From the NCBI GenBank assembly GCA_012295275.1, contig CM022670.1, positions 8,556,001-8,620,000 on the forward strand: a stretch of DNA of 64,000 nucleotides, read 5' to 3'. The position numbers and the translations under genes are program-made. Positions 34,511 through 49,600 of this stretch are shown here, piece by piece. Numbering within the stretch: position 1 is the first letter of the stretch; the number at the start of each line of letters is the position of its first letter. The notes under the pieces are model-generated. The model saw nothing but the letters and a program-made list of their open reading frames with translations. It was not told the origin of the DNA and did not search any database. This stretch comes from Chrysomallon squamiferum (taxonomy: Eukaryota > Animalia > Mollusca).

Positions 34511-35228
34511 TATAAAGAATTGTAAAAAAAAATATAGAAATTATTAAAAGATAAAGGTGTTCCAATTTTTATTTTTCATGTTTGTTATGAGTTGTGACTA
34601 TTCACTCTCTCTGTCTCCCCATATAAAACAGTAACTCTCAGGTATATAAAAAATGATTAGACCATTCAGCCATATCGCAACAGCTACACTTTCTTATTAA
34701 TGTGTCTAAATATGATCCTGCTTGTAAAAAGTCTCAAACGTATTGTTCTGGATATATGTATACATACTAGTAAGCCTCTGTCTCTCTGTCTTTCTCGTTT
34801 TTTGAAACAGCTCGAAAATAAAAACAAAGACGACTTTGAAAAAGCTATCCGACTCACACTCCGACTCATGACAGACGGACAGATTTCCAGTATTATGCTG
34901 GTTTCATGTGATTTCTTCAGAATTCAGCTTAATCTTTCGTAAGAATTAGTAAGGCTATAATGCTGGAATCCATTTCCTCATGTCTTGATAATTGAGAAAT
35001 GGAGTGAGATTGTTATATATTGTTCGTGTTCCACATTTGCTTGTAAAATTCTGTCTAACGATTAGAATTTGTTATGTCATGATTCTTATGAATGGTGATT
35101 TAATTAGATGTGTGTGTCTGGGTATAGTCTTTGCTAACTGTTTTTTTTTTTTTTTTTTTTTTTATTCTTCTTCCGATTAAACAGTTTGATCTGATCTTCG
35201 TGAGTTTATTTTTAAAAATTTTAGATTT

Positions 35229-37618
35229 TTATTTTGCCTTGTTAGAACTCTCTGTACCATTTTTCTTCATGGATAAACTTGTGGCCTGTTCTTTTCTTTT
35301 CTTAGCTATGAGCATTTTTAGTTTTTTCCTGATTCGCCCCACATCCGTATCTTCCATGTCCACGTTCATCTCACGTGACCTAATTACCGTCTTCGTCAGT
35401 TTCCGCCGATGTACCGTTTGCGCGGTCATTAATTCACTACGAGTAGGAAAAAAAAAGTGTTTGTTACGAAATGAAATTATGAAATAAATTCTATATAAAT
35501 AAGAATAATGAGGGAACAAAGTATAAAAATAGAATAAGTAGTAGTAATACAATAGTAGTGATAGTAGACGTAATAATTACAGTAACAGTGTAACAGTGGT
35601 GCTTATGACAATACTGCTGGTAGTAATAACAGAGGTACTAATATAGTAGTTGTAGTAGCAGTAGCAGTGATAGAAGTCGTCGTAGTGCTAACATTAGTAG
35701 TAACAGTAGTAAAGACGTAAACGCAGTTTTAGTGGTATTTATATTACAGTAGTAGTAGGAGCAGTACTAGTAGTCGTAGTAGCAGAAATAAAAATCGTCC
35801 TAATGCTAATAGTAGTAAAGTAGTAAAAGCAGTTTTAGTAGTAGTTATATTACAGTAGAAGTAGTAGCAGTAATAATAACAGATTAATATTTTCTGTTTT
35901 CATTATTTGTACACTTAAGTTTAGAATGTTTACGGTTTGAAATGCAAATGTTTATTTCACTTGACGTACCTGTAGTCTATCTCTCCGTCTCCATCCTGGT
36001 CTAGTTTCTCTACCAGTGAATCCAGGGCGTTGGCAGACAATGGTATGTTACATTCCTAAGAAAAATAAAATAAAATAAAAATAGAAGTGAAATAAAATAA
36101 TATTTAAAATAAAATTAAAAAAATAATAATATTTAAAATAAAATTTTAAAAAATATTAATAATAATATAATAAAATAAAATAATATAAATATAGAAGTGA
36201 AATAAAATAATATTTAAAATAAAATTTAAAAAAATAATAATAATAATAAAATAAAATAAAATAATATAAAAAAATTTAAAATAAAATAAAAAAAAATAAT
36301 AATAAAATAAAATTAAAAAATTAAACAAAAATGAAAATGAAATGAAAATTTAATAATAATTTAAACAAAACATAACAAAATAAAATAAAATAATATGAAA
36401 TAAGAATAAAATAAAGTAAAAACAAAATAAAATAAAATATAAATATTAGTGATGTGAAACGAAATAGAATAATAATAATGATAAAAAATGAAATGAAATG
36501 AAATAATAATAAAAATAAAATAAAGTAAAATAAAGTAAAGTAAATTAAAAAAAAATTAAATGAAATGAAATAATAATAAAGGTAAAATAAAAAAAATAAT
36601 AATATAAAAAAAATAAAAAACTGAAATAATAATTAAAATAAAATAAAATATAATACATTAAAAAAAAAAAATCAAATCAAATCCAATAAAAATAAAATAA
36701 TATAATAAAATAAAATAAAATAAAACAAAAGAGTGAGAATATATATAATACAAAATAATAATATAAAATAAAAATAAAATAAACACATAAATGAAACGAA
36801 ATAATAATAAAATAAAATTAAAAAATAACATAGTAAAATGAAATAAAATGAAATAAAATAAACAAACATTAAGAAATCAATAAAAAAAATGAACTACTTA
36901 CCAATAAACTCATCGTAACTAATATTTCTACAAATGAATACTACTTATCAATAAACTCATCGTAATTAATATTTCTACAACACTGATGCGTCTTACTAAT
37001 AAACTCATCGTAATTAACATTCCATACGAGTTACCAGTAGACCCATTTTGATTTCAGCCTGGGTTAGTGTCTTGCTTCCATCTTTGTCCATCATTGAGAA
37101 CAGGTCGGTAAGGCGAAGGCCGAGGATTTTACCAAACTCCATGAGAATGAGAACAGGATTTTCGTCAATAAGGTCTTTTTCAACGTCATCAGCATCAACG
37201 TCTAGTCCTATTACGGCACCATAATGACAGGTAAAGTCTCTCTCTTCTTGAATTTTATCCAAAATCTCAGGGAAAGCTTTCTCCACGCACTGGTACTAAA
37301 AATTGTAATATATATATATATATATACATACATACAAAAATATAATATATATATATATATATACACACATACATACATAGATACATACATTCATACATAC
37401 ATACATACATACATACATACATACATACATACATACATACATACATACATACATACATACATACATACATACATACATACATACATGTGTGGGTGTGTTC
37501 TAATTATTATGATATTGAAATTGTAGATATGAAAGGTAAAATGTATATAAAAATTATTATGCTTTGGTTCCTAAACACTGAGATGATGATTTTGAAAAAG
37601 AAAAAGATGACATTCTTG

Positions 37619-37654
<36 letters not shown>

Positions 37655-37979
37655 TAATCGTCATCGTCATCGTCATCGTCATCGTACATATTGTTTGTTA
37701 TTTTTACCGGTGTGCTAATACGAAGTCTATGTCGTACTTACGCCCAGATCGAGTTCAGAAATTGCTGTTGTTTTTGCACTGGCTACTGACTGCAGAATAA
37801 AAAGTGCACCAACTGACGTCAGTGGGTTATCTGTCAACTGTGGAAAAATATAACAGAAAATATATAGATAAACACAAATACAAGTTCACAAACATACATA
37901 ATCATATACATTAAAATATATAAATACAGACGTACCTTCATACATAAACACTTACGTATATACGAACATATACACAGAC

Positions 37980-38027
<48 letters not shown>

Positions 38028-41000
38028 ATACACACACACACATATATGCATACATATGCACGTTCATACATACATACAAATATACACAACTTTAAACGTA
38101 TGCATATAATAAACTATAGGCGTCCTTAGTGCATCATTAAGTCAGGAGAAAGGACATAATCACTGCAAAAGACATAAGTTATAAAATGAAACAAGCTTCA
38201 CTTTAATGAAATAAAAAAAAAACATAATAAAAATGAGTGATTCTTGTTAACGTTTTGATAATTATTTTAAAATTACATCACACCTTCAGTATTTTCAGTG
38301 TAGAGTTTTTCTTCAGTCCCTTCCACAGTTCCTCCAGACACTGCTTGTTTATTCTGTTGGAACTCATATCGAGTTCTGTCAGTGTTTTGTTACGTTCCAA
38401 CGCCTTTCCCATCTCCTTACACCCATCCAGGTAAAACCCATTCCACGCCACATTGAGAACAGTGACTCCAGAATTTATCTAAAATAACGATTTACAGAAA
38501 CAGGTTGATTTTGTTTTAACTGACGATTTTACTAGAAAAAAAAATGTATTGACTGCCAACTATTGTCTTTTAGGTATTTAAAATGACAAACAATTGATAA
38601 TTCTTGCTAAGTGTCTTCAGAAGAAATGCAGGAAATTGGATAGAGAGGAATTCGTAAACACTTTTCTGTTAATAGCTGTGGATATTTTTCATGCTCTTTC
38701 TCAAAGGTACTATTAATGGAATTTTTATAAGTGAAGATAAATGTAATGTACGTACTGCGATGCCTCTAGCAATAGCTTGGGCTCCTGATCTTCTTAAATG
38801 ATTCCAGCTGAGATCTAATACTTCTATCGAGTCATTCCACGCTGAAATAGTTGAAACGTGTTTACTTATTCACATAAATTATGATAGATGTACGCCATTT
38901 TGATACTGATAACGACAGCAGATAAATACTGTAAGAATAAATAATTAAGAATTATTTTTTTTTCTCCACTACTTCTACTACAATAACTACTACAACTACA
39001 ACTACTACTACTACTAGTACTACTACTGCTACTACTATTACTAGAACTACTACTACGAATACTACTACTACTACTACAACAAGTACTACTACTTCAAATC
39101 CTACTACTACTACTATTACAGCTATTGCTACTATTATTGTTATTGCTGTTGGTGATGATGACCATGATGATGACCATAACGATGATCATGTTGATATTGC
39201 TGTTGTACTGTTTGTAACTGTTATAATTACCAATTGCATCTCCAATAGCAATTCCTCCGTTTTCTCGAAAACAGTTGTGACTTATGCAGAGTTCTTTTAA
39301 ATTGTTGGATTGCTGCAAAAGAAATGTTTCCGCTTCAGTTAAAAATTATATGAAACTTTTATGAAATGCATGAATAGTCAGTTAACAACATATATATACC
39401 CGCACATTTTTCCATTAATAATTAATAAATGTAAATAGTCAGTGACCTTACATAATGCTGATATAAAAGTGAAAATCTCATCAATTAGCAACAGGAGATT
39501 TAATTTCATGGATCTACCTATACGCTGTAAAATACTACCACAATCTTTAATGACTTCATTGTACTGTATGAAATGAGAAATGTCCTAATGGGACGCACTC
39601 GTTATTAATCTGAAAACTCTACACTGGTACGAAGAAAGGAAACCTAACAGTAAAAAAAATAAGTGTATTTTGTAAAATGTATAGCAATATTTGTATTTTG
39701 TGAGTGTCTGTGTGTGTATTTTATGTACAATGACAAGAACAGTTTAACTTACGTCGATAAGATCTGCTATTATGTCACCATCGTACTCCTGCAGATTGTT
39801 TCCTAACAGAGACAGAGAAAAACAGTAATACATGTAAAATGTTATATATGCAATCATCATCAATGTAATTTAATATTGTATATCTAGAAGCCATGAGCGA
39901 ATAATGAATATCAACATTATTATTTTTTTTATTTAATGTTCTTTTTTCGTTGATCTTTTCTTTCCATTTTCTTTCTTCTTCTCATTTGAATAAAGAAGTT
40001 AATATAATTTGGACACACAAAATCTTTGATGTGTAGCTGAGCTAAATATATATATATATATATATATGAACAATATAATTATAAAAGTGATGAAAACTGT
40101 GTTTCGCTGTCTTTGTTCTCTACCTTCCTTTTGTCTATTTGTCATTTTTCTCTTTCTAGTTTATTGCTTTGTCAAAACTGAAACATACAGGAACTAACAC
40201 ACACATACATACCCATAGACACTCACACTCACACACATGCACGCACTCATAAAATCACAGACCACACATAATTTTATCTGCGGTCCGTTTGTACGCTTAT
40301 ATCTCTGCATGTATTGTGTAGATGCATGTAGGTGTCCGTGTTAGACTAAGTATATGTCAAACGTTTACATTTTCTACGATTTGTGAAGTAAGAGAAACAA
40401 CAGACGTAGACTTGGTGTTAGTTCTCACCTGACAGGTTCAGTTTGATTATGCTGTCCATCTCTTTGATGGCGTTGACGATTGCTTTGGCTCCTTCTGTTC
40501 TTATGTTGTTTTCAGCCAGATTCTGAAAACCAGAGTGCAAAATATAATTGTGTCTAAATATAAACAGAAAAGAAACTAGTAACCACAGAATAATATATAT
40601 ATACACACACAAACAAAAACAACAATAACCTGGAGTGAAAGTTAGCAGTAATATTAGAAAGAAAGAAAAACAGAACCACTGACTTTATAATTAATACAGT
40701 TTTAATTAATTAAAATTCTTAACAACATCTTTAATCCATTCCTTCCCCCAAAAAAATAATAATAATAAATGAAAAATAATAATTAAAAAATAATAATTAA
40801 AAAAACACCCATAAACGTACAAAAAAGCATATGTTTAAAATAAAATATGCAGTGTTCTGTTAAAAGTATAAATAAAATTGTACCAGTTCTGTGATAAACG
40901 TGTTTTCAGTCAGCATGTCTGCGATATAAAGTGCTCCCTCAGTTCCAATCCCATTGTCTTCCAAATCTAACACCTGGACGGACGAATTTTCCTAAATAAA

Positions 41001-42238
41001 ACGTATAAGTAAAACCTTACGTATAAGTAAAACCTTAAATTGTTCGAAATTAGTAACATTCAACTTATCCAGAACTGAAAAAAATAAATAACAAGGGTTA
41101 TTCTAACCGATTAGCACCAATAGAACTATTAATGTTCCTTCCCGTTAACAGTACAGTAGAATTGTTTTACAAACTGGGCATAAAATGCGATAGTTAACAT
41201 TAAGGAGATACATTCGTTTGTGTTTAGTACAGTCCGATTATTGTTCTTACTCATACTGGTATCAGATTATACTATCAGTATCAAATAGATTATTACAAGA
41301 TGAGATGAGATGAGATTAGATAAAAAATACATATACACCCCAGCACGATAAACTTATCGGCTGTTGGGTGTCAAACCAAAGGTAAATACAACGAAACGCA
41401 GATTATTTTATATATGAAAACTAAAAAACTAATTAAAACACAGTATAAAGAGTTTTGCAAAAAATGAAGAAAAAGAACAAGAAAATACGTTAAAAATATA
41501 GAAACAAATAATTAATCGTCTTACCACTAGTGATACTGCGCATGCTTTAGCTCCTTCCGGTCCAATCACGTGATGTTTAAGCTCCACCTTCTCTCCGACC
41601 AGATGTTTATATATGGAGCTGGTAGGCCGGACTTTCAAGACTTTGCAGCTGCGTAGATACGTGTTCTGGCTGTGACTTCCCATCGAGCTTTGGCGTCCAG
41701 TCGATTTTTCGTCATCTTTAATGTTTTAAAATAACAAACTTTAACACAAATGAATAGTTAGGGCTTGCGTGTGTGATTGAGTGTGCGCGGACGTTTTCTT
41801 TTCTTTCATTTTAGACACGACATCATGTCACATACAAAAAAAAAAAAACCAAAACAACAACAACAAAAAACAATAATAATAATAATAATAATGGTATGTA
41901 TAGATGATAATATATATGAAACAATAGTATCAATACTACTACTAGAACTGTTAATGATGATGATATATATATGACAGCAGCAGCAACAACAAACCGTCAA
42001 AGTCGACTTCCTCTGTAAGATCTTTGTCGAAGTCGAAGAAGAAGGCTCCGTCTGTTGTAGCTGTGGTTACCAGAGATTCGTCCCCGTCACTGTCAGCGCG
42101 CGATTCGGGTCGACGACGTCTACGGGAGATAATTCCACTCTTCACGCGACGAATGGGGGCGCTTTTTAAGCGATACCGCGTGGTCAGGTGATAGGGGTCT
42201 GATGTCAGAGGTCGTTTGATCAGATTCCAGATATCGAA
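35229..42238 (-). CDS. LRRC74B: Leucine-rich repeat-containing protein 74 (LRRC74A/B)-like, with C-terminal EF-hand pair; 5' end unresolved
   Basis: Phase-compatible exons 41995-42238, 41525-41715, 40884-40991, 40429-40522, 39753-39802, 39231-39312, 38756-38841, 38284-38478, 37742-37837, 37035-37295, 35970-36055, 35229-35436. Motifs YLRSCKVLKVRP...ELKHHVIGPEGAKA, RI-type LRRs (VLDLEDNGIGTEGA, LDLSWNHLRRSGA, LNVAWNGF) and EF loops DKDGSKTLT and DQDGDGEID match the LRRC74 family from recall. A vs B orthology cannot be decided here. Confidence 0.85.
36058..36885. repeat. Low-complexity AT-rich (AAAAT/AAATG)n tract in an LRRC74 intron
   Basis: About 800 bp made almost entirely of A/T pentamer variants. 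Confidence 0.85.
37392..37485. repeat. (CATA)n microsatellite
   Basis: Tetranucleotide run; source of the MYVC/HTYI pseudo-ORFs. Confidence 0.95.
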
Positions 42239-44584
42239 CTGAAAGAATGGAAAAAAGTAAAACAACAAAAAGTTAAATTAACGAAACATTTTAAACATAA
42301 AAGTCGTATATTTCGGTGTAGGGAAAAGTCACAAGATATGCAGAGATTAAAATTTACCAAACTTCCAGAATAAGAACCAGATACATGATTTGTACTCTTG
42401 AGATTATTTCAGTAACTCAACAAAAATCACTGATGAGAAAACGCAAGGGATACTTCTACAAAACCAAACCAAATCGAGGTTTTAAATGAAGCAGAGGACT
42501 AGAATGTAAGGTAAAATATTATCAAGTTTCTGGATTTCGAAAAAAGAGGTAGAAATAACTCTGAAGATGAAATCAGTATGATTACAACGGAAAATACGCT
42601 TTGGATTCGTTCGACTTCTGAATCTTTGTAAAGGGATTTTGAATTAGAAACTGTAGAATTAAGACTGTAATGGGAATTACAAAGCAGAAGTAACAATGAT
42701 AATGTGATCTTTTTTTATCGGATTACACCAACACTACTGTTACTTCTACTACTCATTATTAATATTAGTTTAATTCGGCCTAAACATAAATCCAATAACA
42801 ACAATAACAACATAAAAATAAAATAAAATAAACAGAATATATCAAGCAAACACAGACACGAAAAAAAAAAATTATAATAAATTAGTCTAACACAGTCTTA
42901 AATCAGTCGATGAGGTTAGCACTACCTGTACAGTTATTGTAATCCTAGCCTAACGTAGTTCACACTTTGACAGGGATCCAAACTGAAAACACAACACGTT
43001 AATTTCAACTGAATAAAAACCTTTATTTTCTTTTTAGAAGCTATCTACTTTTTTTTTTTTTTTTTTTTTTTTTTTGAACATTGAATATCTTTTATTATTA
43101 AGGATATAGCTTCAGATAGAATAAATTTAAAAAAAAATCAAATTAAAACTGTACTGATTCCCAATATAAAAGAAAAAGACTGAAAGAACTGGCAAACTTG
43201 CAGCACAACGTTTTCAAACACGACTCCCATTTTTAAAAAGTTAAAACATTTTGAACCAACAAAACCGTATCGGTTACATATATTACTAAACCCATATTAC
43301 TAACGCATTTATTAAAAACAAAACCATATCAGTTGTATATTTGTTAAAAACAAAACCGTAACGCTTACACATTGATTACAAACAAACAGTCAATAAAACT
43401 TGAAAATTGTGATATATAAGGATTGTTATTACGTTATCTGATATATAGAGTTTGTGATAACTATAAAATAGAGTTTTGTTTTGTTTTGTTGTCTCACATT
43501 TGTTTTTATTTGATCTAGCAATAAATTAGGTTCTAAAATCGCGTTTAATTATGTTTTACAATCGTGTCATAATTTTAGCCTAAAACAGTTAAAAAAAAAA
43601 AAATACAAGCATACCAAATGCATACTATATTGAAAATATTTAGTTACTGTTCGTTCTGAACTCGCGTCAAACAAAGAAATAGGAAAACTCAGCTGTTTTA
43701 TTACAATTTTTATTACCGCCAACACCACTAACAACAACGCCAGTAACAGCACCAGGACCGTCAACACTAACAACACACGTACCACCAACACCAATAACAA
43801 CACCAATACTGCCAACACCACTAACAAAACATCGACACCACTAACATATCAATAACATCAACACCGCCAACACCATTAATAACTCCAATACCGCCAACAC
43901 ACTAATAACACCATCATCGCAACGCCAATACCACCAACAGCATTTTTTTACATTTTCAACAATAATGATGCCTTTTTATGATATCTACTGTAACCTGTTT
44001 GAAGAGCTTACTAATTGTGAACTTAGTTTCTCAAATGGTGCTAAATTACTTTATTCAATTACAATTACACATTTTATCAGTCAGCCTAAGCATAAAAAGA
44101 GCTATGCCACAAAAATTAACTACATTTGTTGTATGTCTGTCGTGACAACAAAAAGATCAACGGCACAAAAACATGTTTCGTTTCGTTAGATTACCAGCGG
44201 TATGCCAGTATCAGCACAATACAAAACCATTTGATTTTAAATAAGATAAAACATATCTGATCTTAAAAGATATCATTTTAGACTTGTTATTTGTATGCGC
44301 ATAACTAGAGTTTGTATATATATTTGTATGTGTGTATGTGTTTATCTCTGAGTATAAACCAAATTTTACTTACCTTCTTAAGCTCGCATAGAGATGTATA
44401 TGTACCTATATTCTTATAAACATTAATGCATAACATACAAATAAACAAACATACATGCACACATACGTGTATCTACTACACACGCCTGCCCAACATACGT
44501 ACACGTAATATTATGTAGATATACATAAACATATATCTCCATACAAACATTCATACATGCATGTGTGTGTGTGTGTGTCTATAG

Positions 44585-44617
<33 letters not shown>

Positions 44618-45155
44618 CACATAATTACATGCACATACTTACACAAACATGCACAAACATACACATATACGAACACGTATACATGCATGTGCACTTATCA
44701 TAAACATTTAATATACGTGTATAATATATGTGTATAATATATTTCATATACATAATTAAAGGAATGATACAGAATGCTTAAACTTTGTCTGCTGTGTTTC
44801 TCTTTAGCTATTTCTCATGTGGTCCTAGTATTATTAGTCAAGTTACTTCAGATAGAAATCACTATGTTATTAAATATATAACTTACGATTATCTTTTTAG
44901 CTTGTTAAAGAGTTATCAGTATTGAAGTAACTGCCATTTATTCATGTATGTCAGTACAAAGTACTTTAAACGTAATAGTTGTTAATAATAAACCAAACAA
45001 AAATAATAATTTGTAAATAAATAAATAAATAAATAAGTTGATAGACAGATAAATACTAATAAACAAATAAATACTAGTAAAATAAAATAAATAAAATAAA
45101 ATAAAACAAAAAAATAAAAAAAAAATAAAATAAAATAAAATAAAATAAAATAAAA

Positions 45156-45210
<55 letters not shown>

Positions 45211-45812
45211 AATAAAATAAAAAATATAATAAAATGAAATGAAATGAAATAAGATCAAATCAAATCAAATAAACAAATAAACATACCTGTTAAAAAAAAA
45301 GTTTGTAATGCAGAACAATATGTTGCAAGTGGTAAGCAGAAAAAGCCAAATTTTAAGAGCAAAAGTAAATTATTTCCAAAAATAAATATGCAAGGAACAA
45401 TATACTAAGTGATCCAAATTTTGCTTAGAAGTTACGTACATTAAACGTCTGAAACTTGTAAGTTTCGTGACATTTGTAATCGTTATTTTTCTGTCAATGC
45501 TTTTGAATGCTTATGTTTCTTTTCTTTTTTAAATAAAACATTTCTTCATTTCTTTTTTTTTTTTTTTATGTTAAAATATTTTATACAGCATGGTTAGTTT
45601 CATACGAAGTAGATATTAAAAATTTATATTTCTTTCGTAAATTTTAGTATCTTTTCAAACAAAATAATAAAATAGAAAGAACAGGTCTGATGAATTTAAA
45701 AAAAAATAAGAAGAAATAAGAAGAAATAAATAAATAAAAGAAAAAAAAATAAGAAAAAAAAAAAAAAAAAAAAAAAAAAATGAATGAAACGTAGTTCCGG
45801 CAGCACCAGTAG

Positions 45813-45891
45813 CCAATCAGATTTCTTCTTATTTTAAGCCAACCAATCAGTGTCTCAGCAGCAATCAGCACACAATGCAAACGGTATAAAA
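45813..45891 (+). promoter_or_regulatory. CCAAT-CCAAT-TATA promoter-like module
   Basis: CCAATCAG at 45813 and 45843 (30-bp spacing typical of NF-Y pairs), GCAATCAG at 45861, TATAAAAG at 45885. Confidence 0.55.
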
Positions 45892-46619
45892 GAAGTTATT
45901 TTCTTCAAGCTAACCATAAGTATCAAATTTATTATGATATAAATCAACCTAAATTATATTAATGCAGGGAGATAAGTGCACTTTATGGTTCAGATCAGTT
46001 CAGAAGCTACAAGTTGGTCAATAAATAAAATAAAAATTTGAAGACGCGATAACAAAAAAACAAAAATAAAAACTAACAAAAAAATAAATAAAAAAGTTTA
46101 ATGCCATTTTGGTCCATATAAAGAAGCATGTAAACTTTCTGAGTAGAAAATGCTTTTAATAAATAAAGAATATGTATAACAAAACCGTGAAAAATATATG
46201 AATATGCAAAACGATTTTGAAATCGAATACCGCGTTTTCTTGTCTGTTGCTAATATGAGGGGGGCGGTTTCTAAAACTAATTACCTGACGTGGAATAAAA
46301 TTACGTACTTTTGAGTACACCTGGTCGTTATGTACTAATTTACATCTTCGCAAAAACATCATTATTTCTTTTTTAAAACCCTTAAATTCACTATCTATTA
46401 TGTATTTGAAGTTTGCAAAAAAAAAAAAAAAAAAAAAAACAGAAATACAAAAGGGGTGAAAAGTCCAAAGAATATATTTAAGAATATATTTAAGAACCAA
46501 AGAAAAATGAAGCACATATAAAACATTGTTAATACATTTCAGAAGTTTATGGCATTGTTGTGACAGAACAGTATTTTTTGTTCTTAAAAAAAAAACATAA
46601 AAATAAATATGTATGTATG

Positions 46620-46679
<60 letters not shown>

Positions 46680-49600
46680 ATGAGAGAGAGAACAAATAGA
46701 AGAAAAAATTATGAATCGTTAAAACTATCTGTACATTTACAGCCATTTGCTGAAAACTTTAAAAAATGCACATATATGTGTGAATGTGTCTATCTATTTA
46801 TATCTATATATATATATAGAAACACAAACATACATATATGCATACATACATACTTACGTATATACGCATATAACATATACTACAGCATTTGTATAAGAAC
46901 TCTTACAACATTTTTAAAGTTTGTATTTCTATACAGTCAGTTCTTCTACAGGGTAGTCATCGGAGATGGTTAGTAATTTAAATCATCTCCAAGTTAAAAA
47001 AAAAGAAGAAAACAAAGAAGCATTTATTTTAAAGGTTGCTTAAGTCATTGGGTTTGGCCGGGTTTGGTATAACAACTAAAGATCTTTATCATTTGATGTA
47101 TCATGGTGTCCAATCAGAAAACCAGTAACTTGAAGATGTCACGGATAAATGACTTCACGAGTGTAGAGGTTTGTCATGAAATAATGATCAGAGGACAAAA
47201 CATAGGTGACGTAGACAGTGAAGCATTGTCAGATATAAAATATGGTAAAAATGCAAAAATGTTGACAAAAAAAGTGTAGGCCTGTATGTTTGTGTGTGTG
47301 TGTATATACATATATATATATATTCACTGTCGAAGGAACATAAATAAAAATAAATAATAATAATTAAAAAAATCGAAAAAAAAAAAAAAATTATTATAAA
47401 AAAACACTAATTTGAAAAAAACCCCAAAAAAAAAAAACGAACAAACCCATAAATCTCTTCTTTTTGGGGGATAAAATTAAAATAAAACTGATATATGACA
47501 ACCCATGAAGAAAATCGACATATTGTAGTGGAGCATATCAGTTTCTTTTCCCATTCGTATCAGATACTGACATTGTGGTCCTCTTTTTCAGTCAACCATT
47601 TTAAGAACTTGCTGTTTAACTGTAACGCGCAAACCGTGTACAGGTGATTAATCAAAAAAGAGCTAATAAAGTACATAATTATAGACTACTTCAAATGATC
47701 AGGTTACTTCTAAACTTTATGAGCAGTAAGAAGGAGAGAAAACAGTAGATTTTTTTTTCTGCAGTACCTGAAAATTGAAGTACCCATTGTTATTGTCTTT
47801 GTTGTTAGTATGGGCGTAATTTAATGATTTTTTTGTGGGAATATGTTCTGTTTACTTTTTTGATTTTGAGAAAAAGTTATAATAAACAGCCCACCAATTG
47901 GCGTTTTTGGAGATGAATAATAATTAACAAATGAAGGGTAACAAATGAAGAAAATATTAAATCTTCAAATAATATAAAACTAATAATTACAAAATAATTT
48001 TGAAACCAGTTTCATAATTTCAAGCACTACATTTCTGTATTTTTTGAAATAATACAACAATGTAGCGAGAGTCTCTTCTATAATACGTACAGGTAATATA
48101 ATTCAATTTATAACTGAAATTTAAAACTTAATAACATTCTGTATTGAACTGACAGCCGATAAATATTTCTTTTCTTATTTCCTAAACGAAAGAGAATTTA
48201 CCTTCTAGCCACATTGTTATTTCCATGACAGGTGGTGGTAGTTGTGGGGTTTTTTTTAGAAGCGGTTTGTCGATACTTTCCCTTATTCAGGGGTGCATGT
48301 ATTGTCAAAATTTGGAATTAGAGTAGGACTCACGTAGTTATATGGCAGGCTGGGCTGGGATTGTGATAATTTTTTTTTTATTACAGACTACATATTTGCT
48401 CAAAATATATTCTGACTGTTCATAAATATAACAAACCTGATGTTGGGAACATGATAATAAGTTAGCCGTACCCTCTAACAACATTATTTACCAGCAGTAT
48501 CATACAGTAACAAATGCTTTATAAATAACAGACAGGAGCAGTGAAACTGTTAAAAACAAAACAGTACAAAAATAAAATGTTATACATAATAATTCTAGAT
48601 TACTGATACACAATGTTTTACGACTTTGCCTTTAACAGTAATATATATTCTTTGCACCGTACGATATAGTAATTTCATGATATGCAATAGTTTTTGTGTG
48701 TATATATATATATAGGTGCTGTATAAATGGGGTGTGCGTGGACATTTTTACGTTACATTTCAAATTTTGAACTGACTGTGACAAATGAATAAAGAATAAC
48801 ATATAATAAATTAAAATAATAACAGATAATCGTTAACCAAACAAGTAAATAAATAATTCGTGGAGAGTTGCAGAGCTGCTGATTGCAAGCAATGACAAAT
48901 GCACTGCTTAATGACTGTCAGTCCTACTTCCACAAATAACCGTTTTATAACTTGTTTTAATCTGTCTTTTTTTTTTCTATTGAATGTATATAATACATGC
49001 AACACTTCTTATCGTATTGTACAGATATATTTTATATTGTTCTGGATTACATCCATTGTGCACATTCTTCGAAAGAGGATAAATTTTGACTTACAATAAT
49101 GGCATATTATTTTTATAACACTGAACAATCGTAATCCGATTATCTTATTGTTCTAAATATAGCTGTATATCAGAAAATGTTAATCCGTTCATGAACTTAC
49201 GTTTTGATCAAGATTCGAGTCGGCATGCTTTCCCATGCAATCTTCGGTCACACTTCTAACATGTACGATTTGGTCCTTTTCCAACGGCATTTTTTCCTTC
49301 AGTTTATACACACAGAGAACACTGAACAGCAGAAGTTATCTAGATAATACCCATACGGCCACTATAATTCCATGTAACGAAAGGGTACACTGATACACAT
49401 TTAAGATATGAAATATTCACTCAAAAAAAAAGTTAAAAAAAAGAAAAGAAGATTACAGTCGACCAATCTGAAGTGGGGTACAGCCTGCCAATTAACCAAT
49501 CTCTGACAACGATTTTTTTTTTCCGCATACAGAAATATCAATTGTTTGCTGATATGTAGTGCGAAAACAAAACATATTATCCTTCCAGTGAAGTATTTAC

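Noticed and set aside
42926-42982. Candidate upstream coding exon of LRRC74
   Set aside because: In-frame TAG in the required phase; at most a UTR exon.
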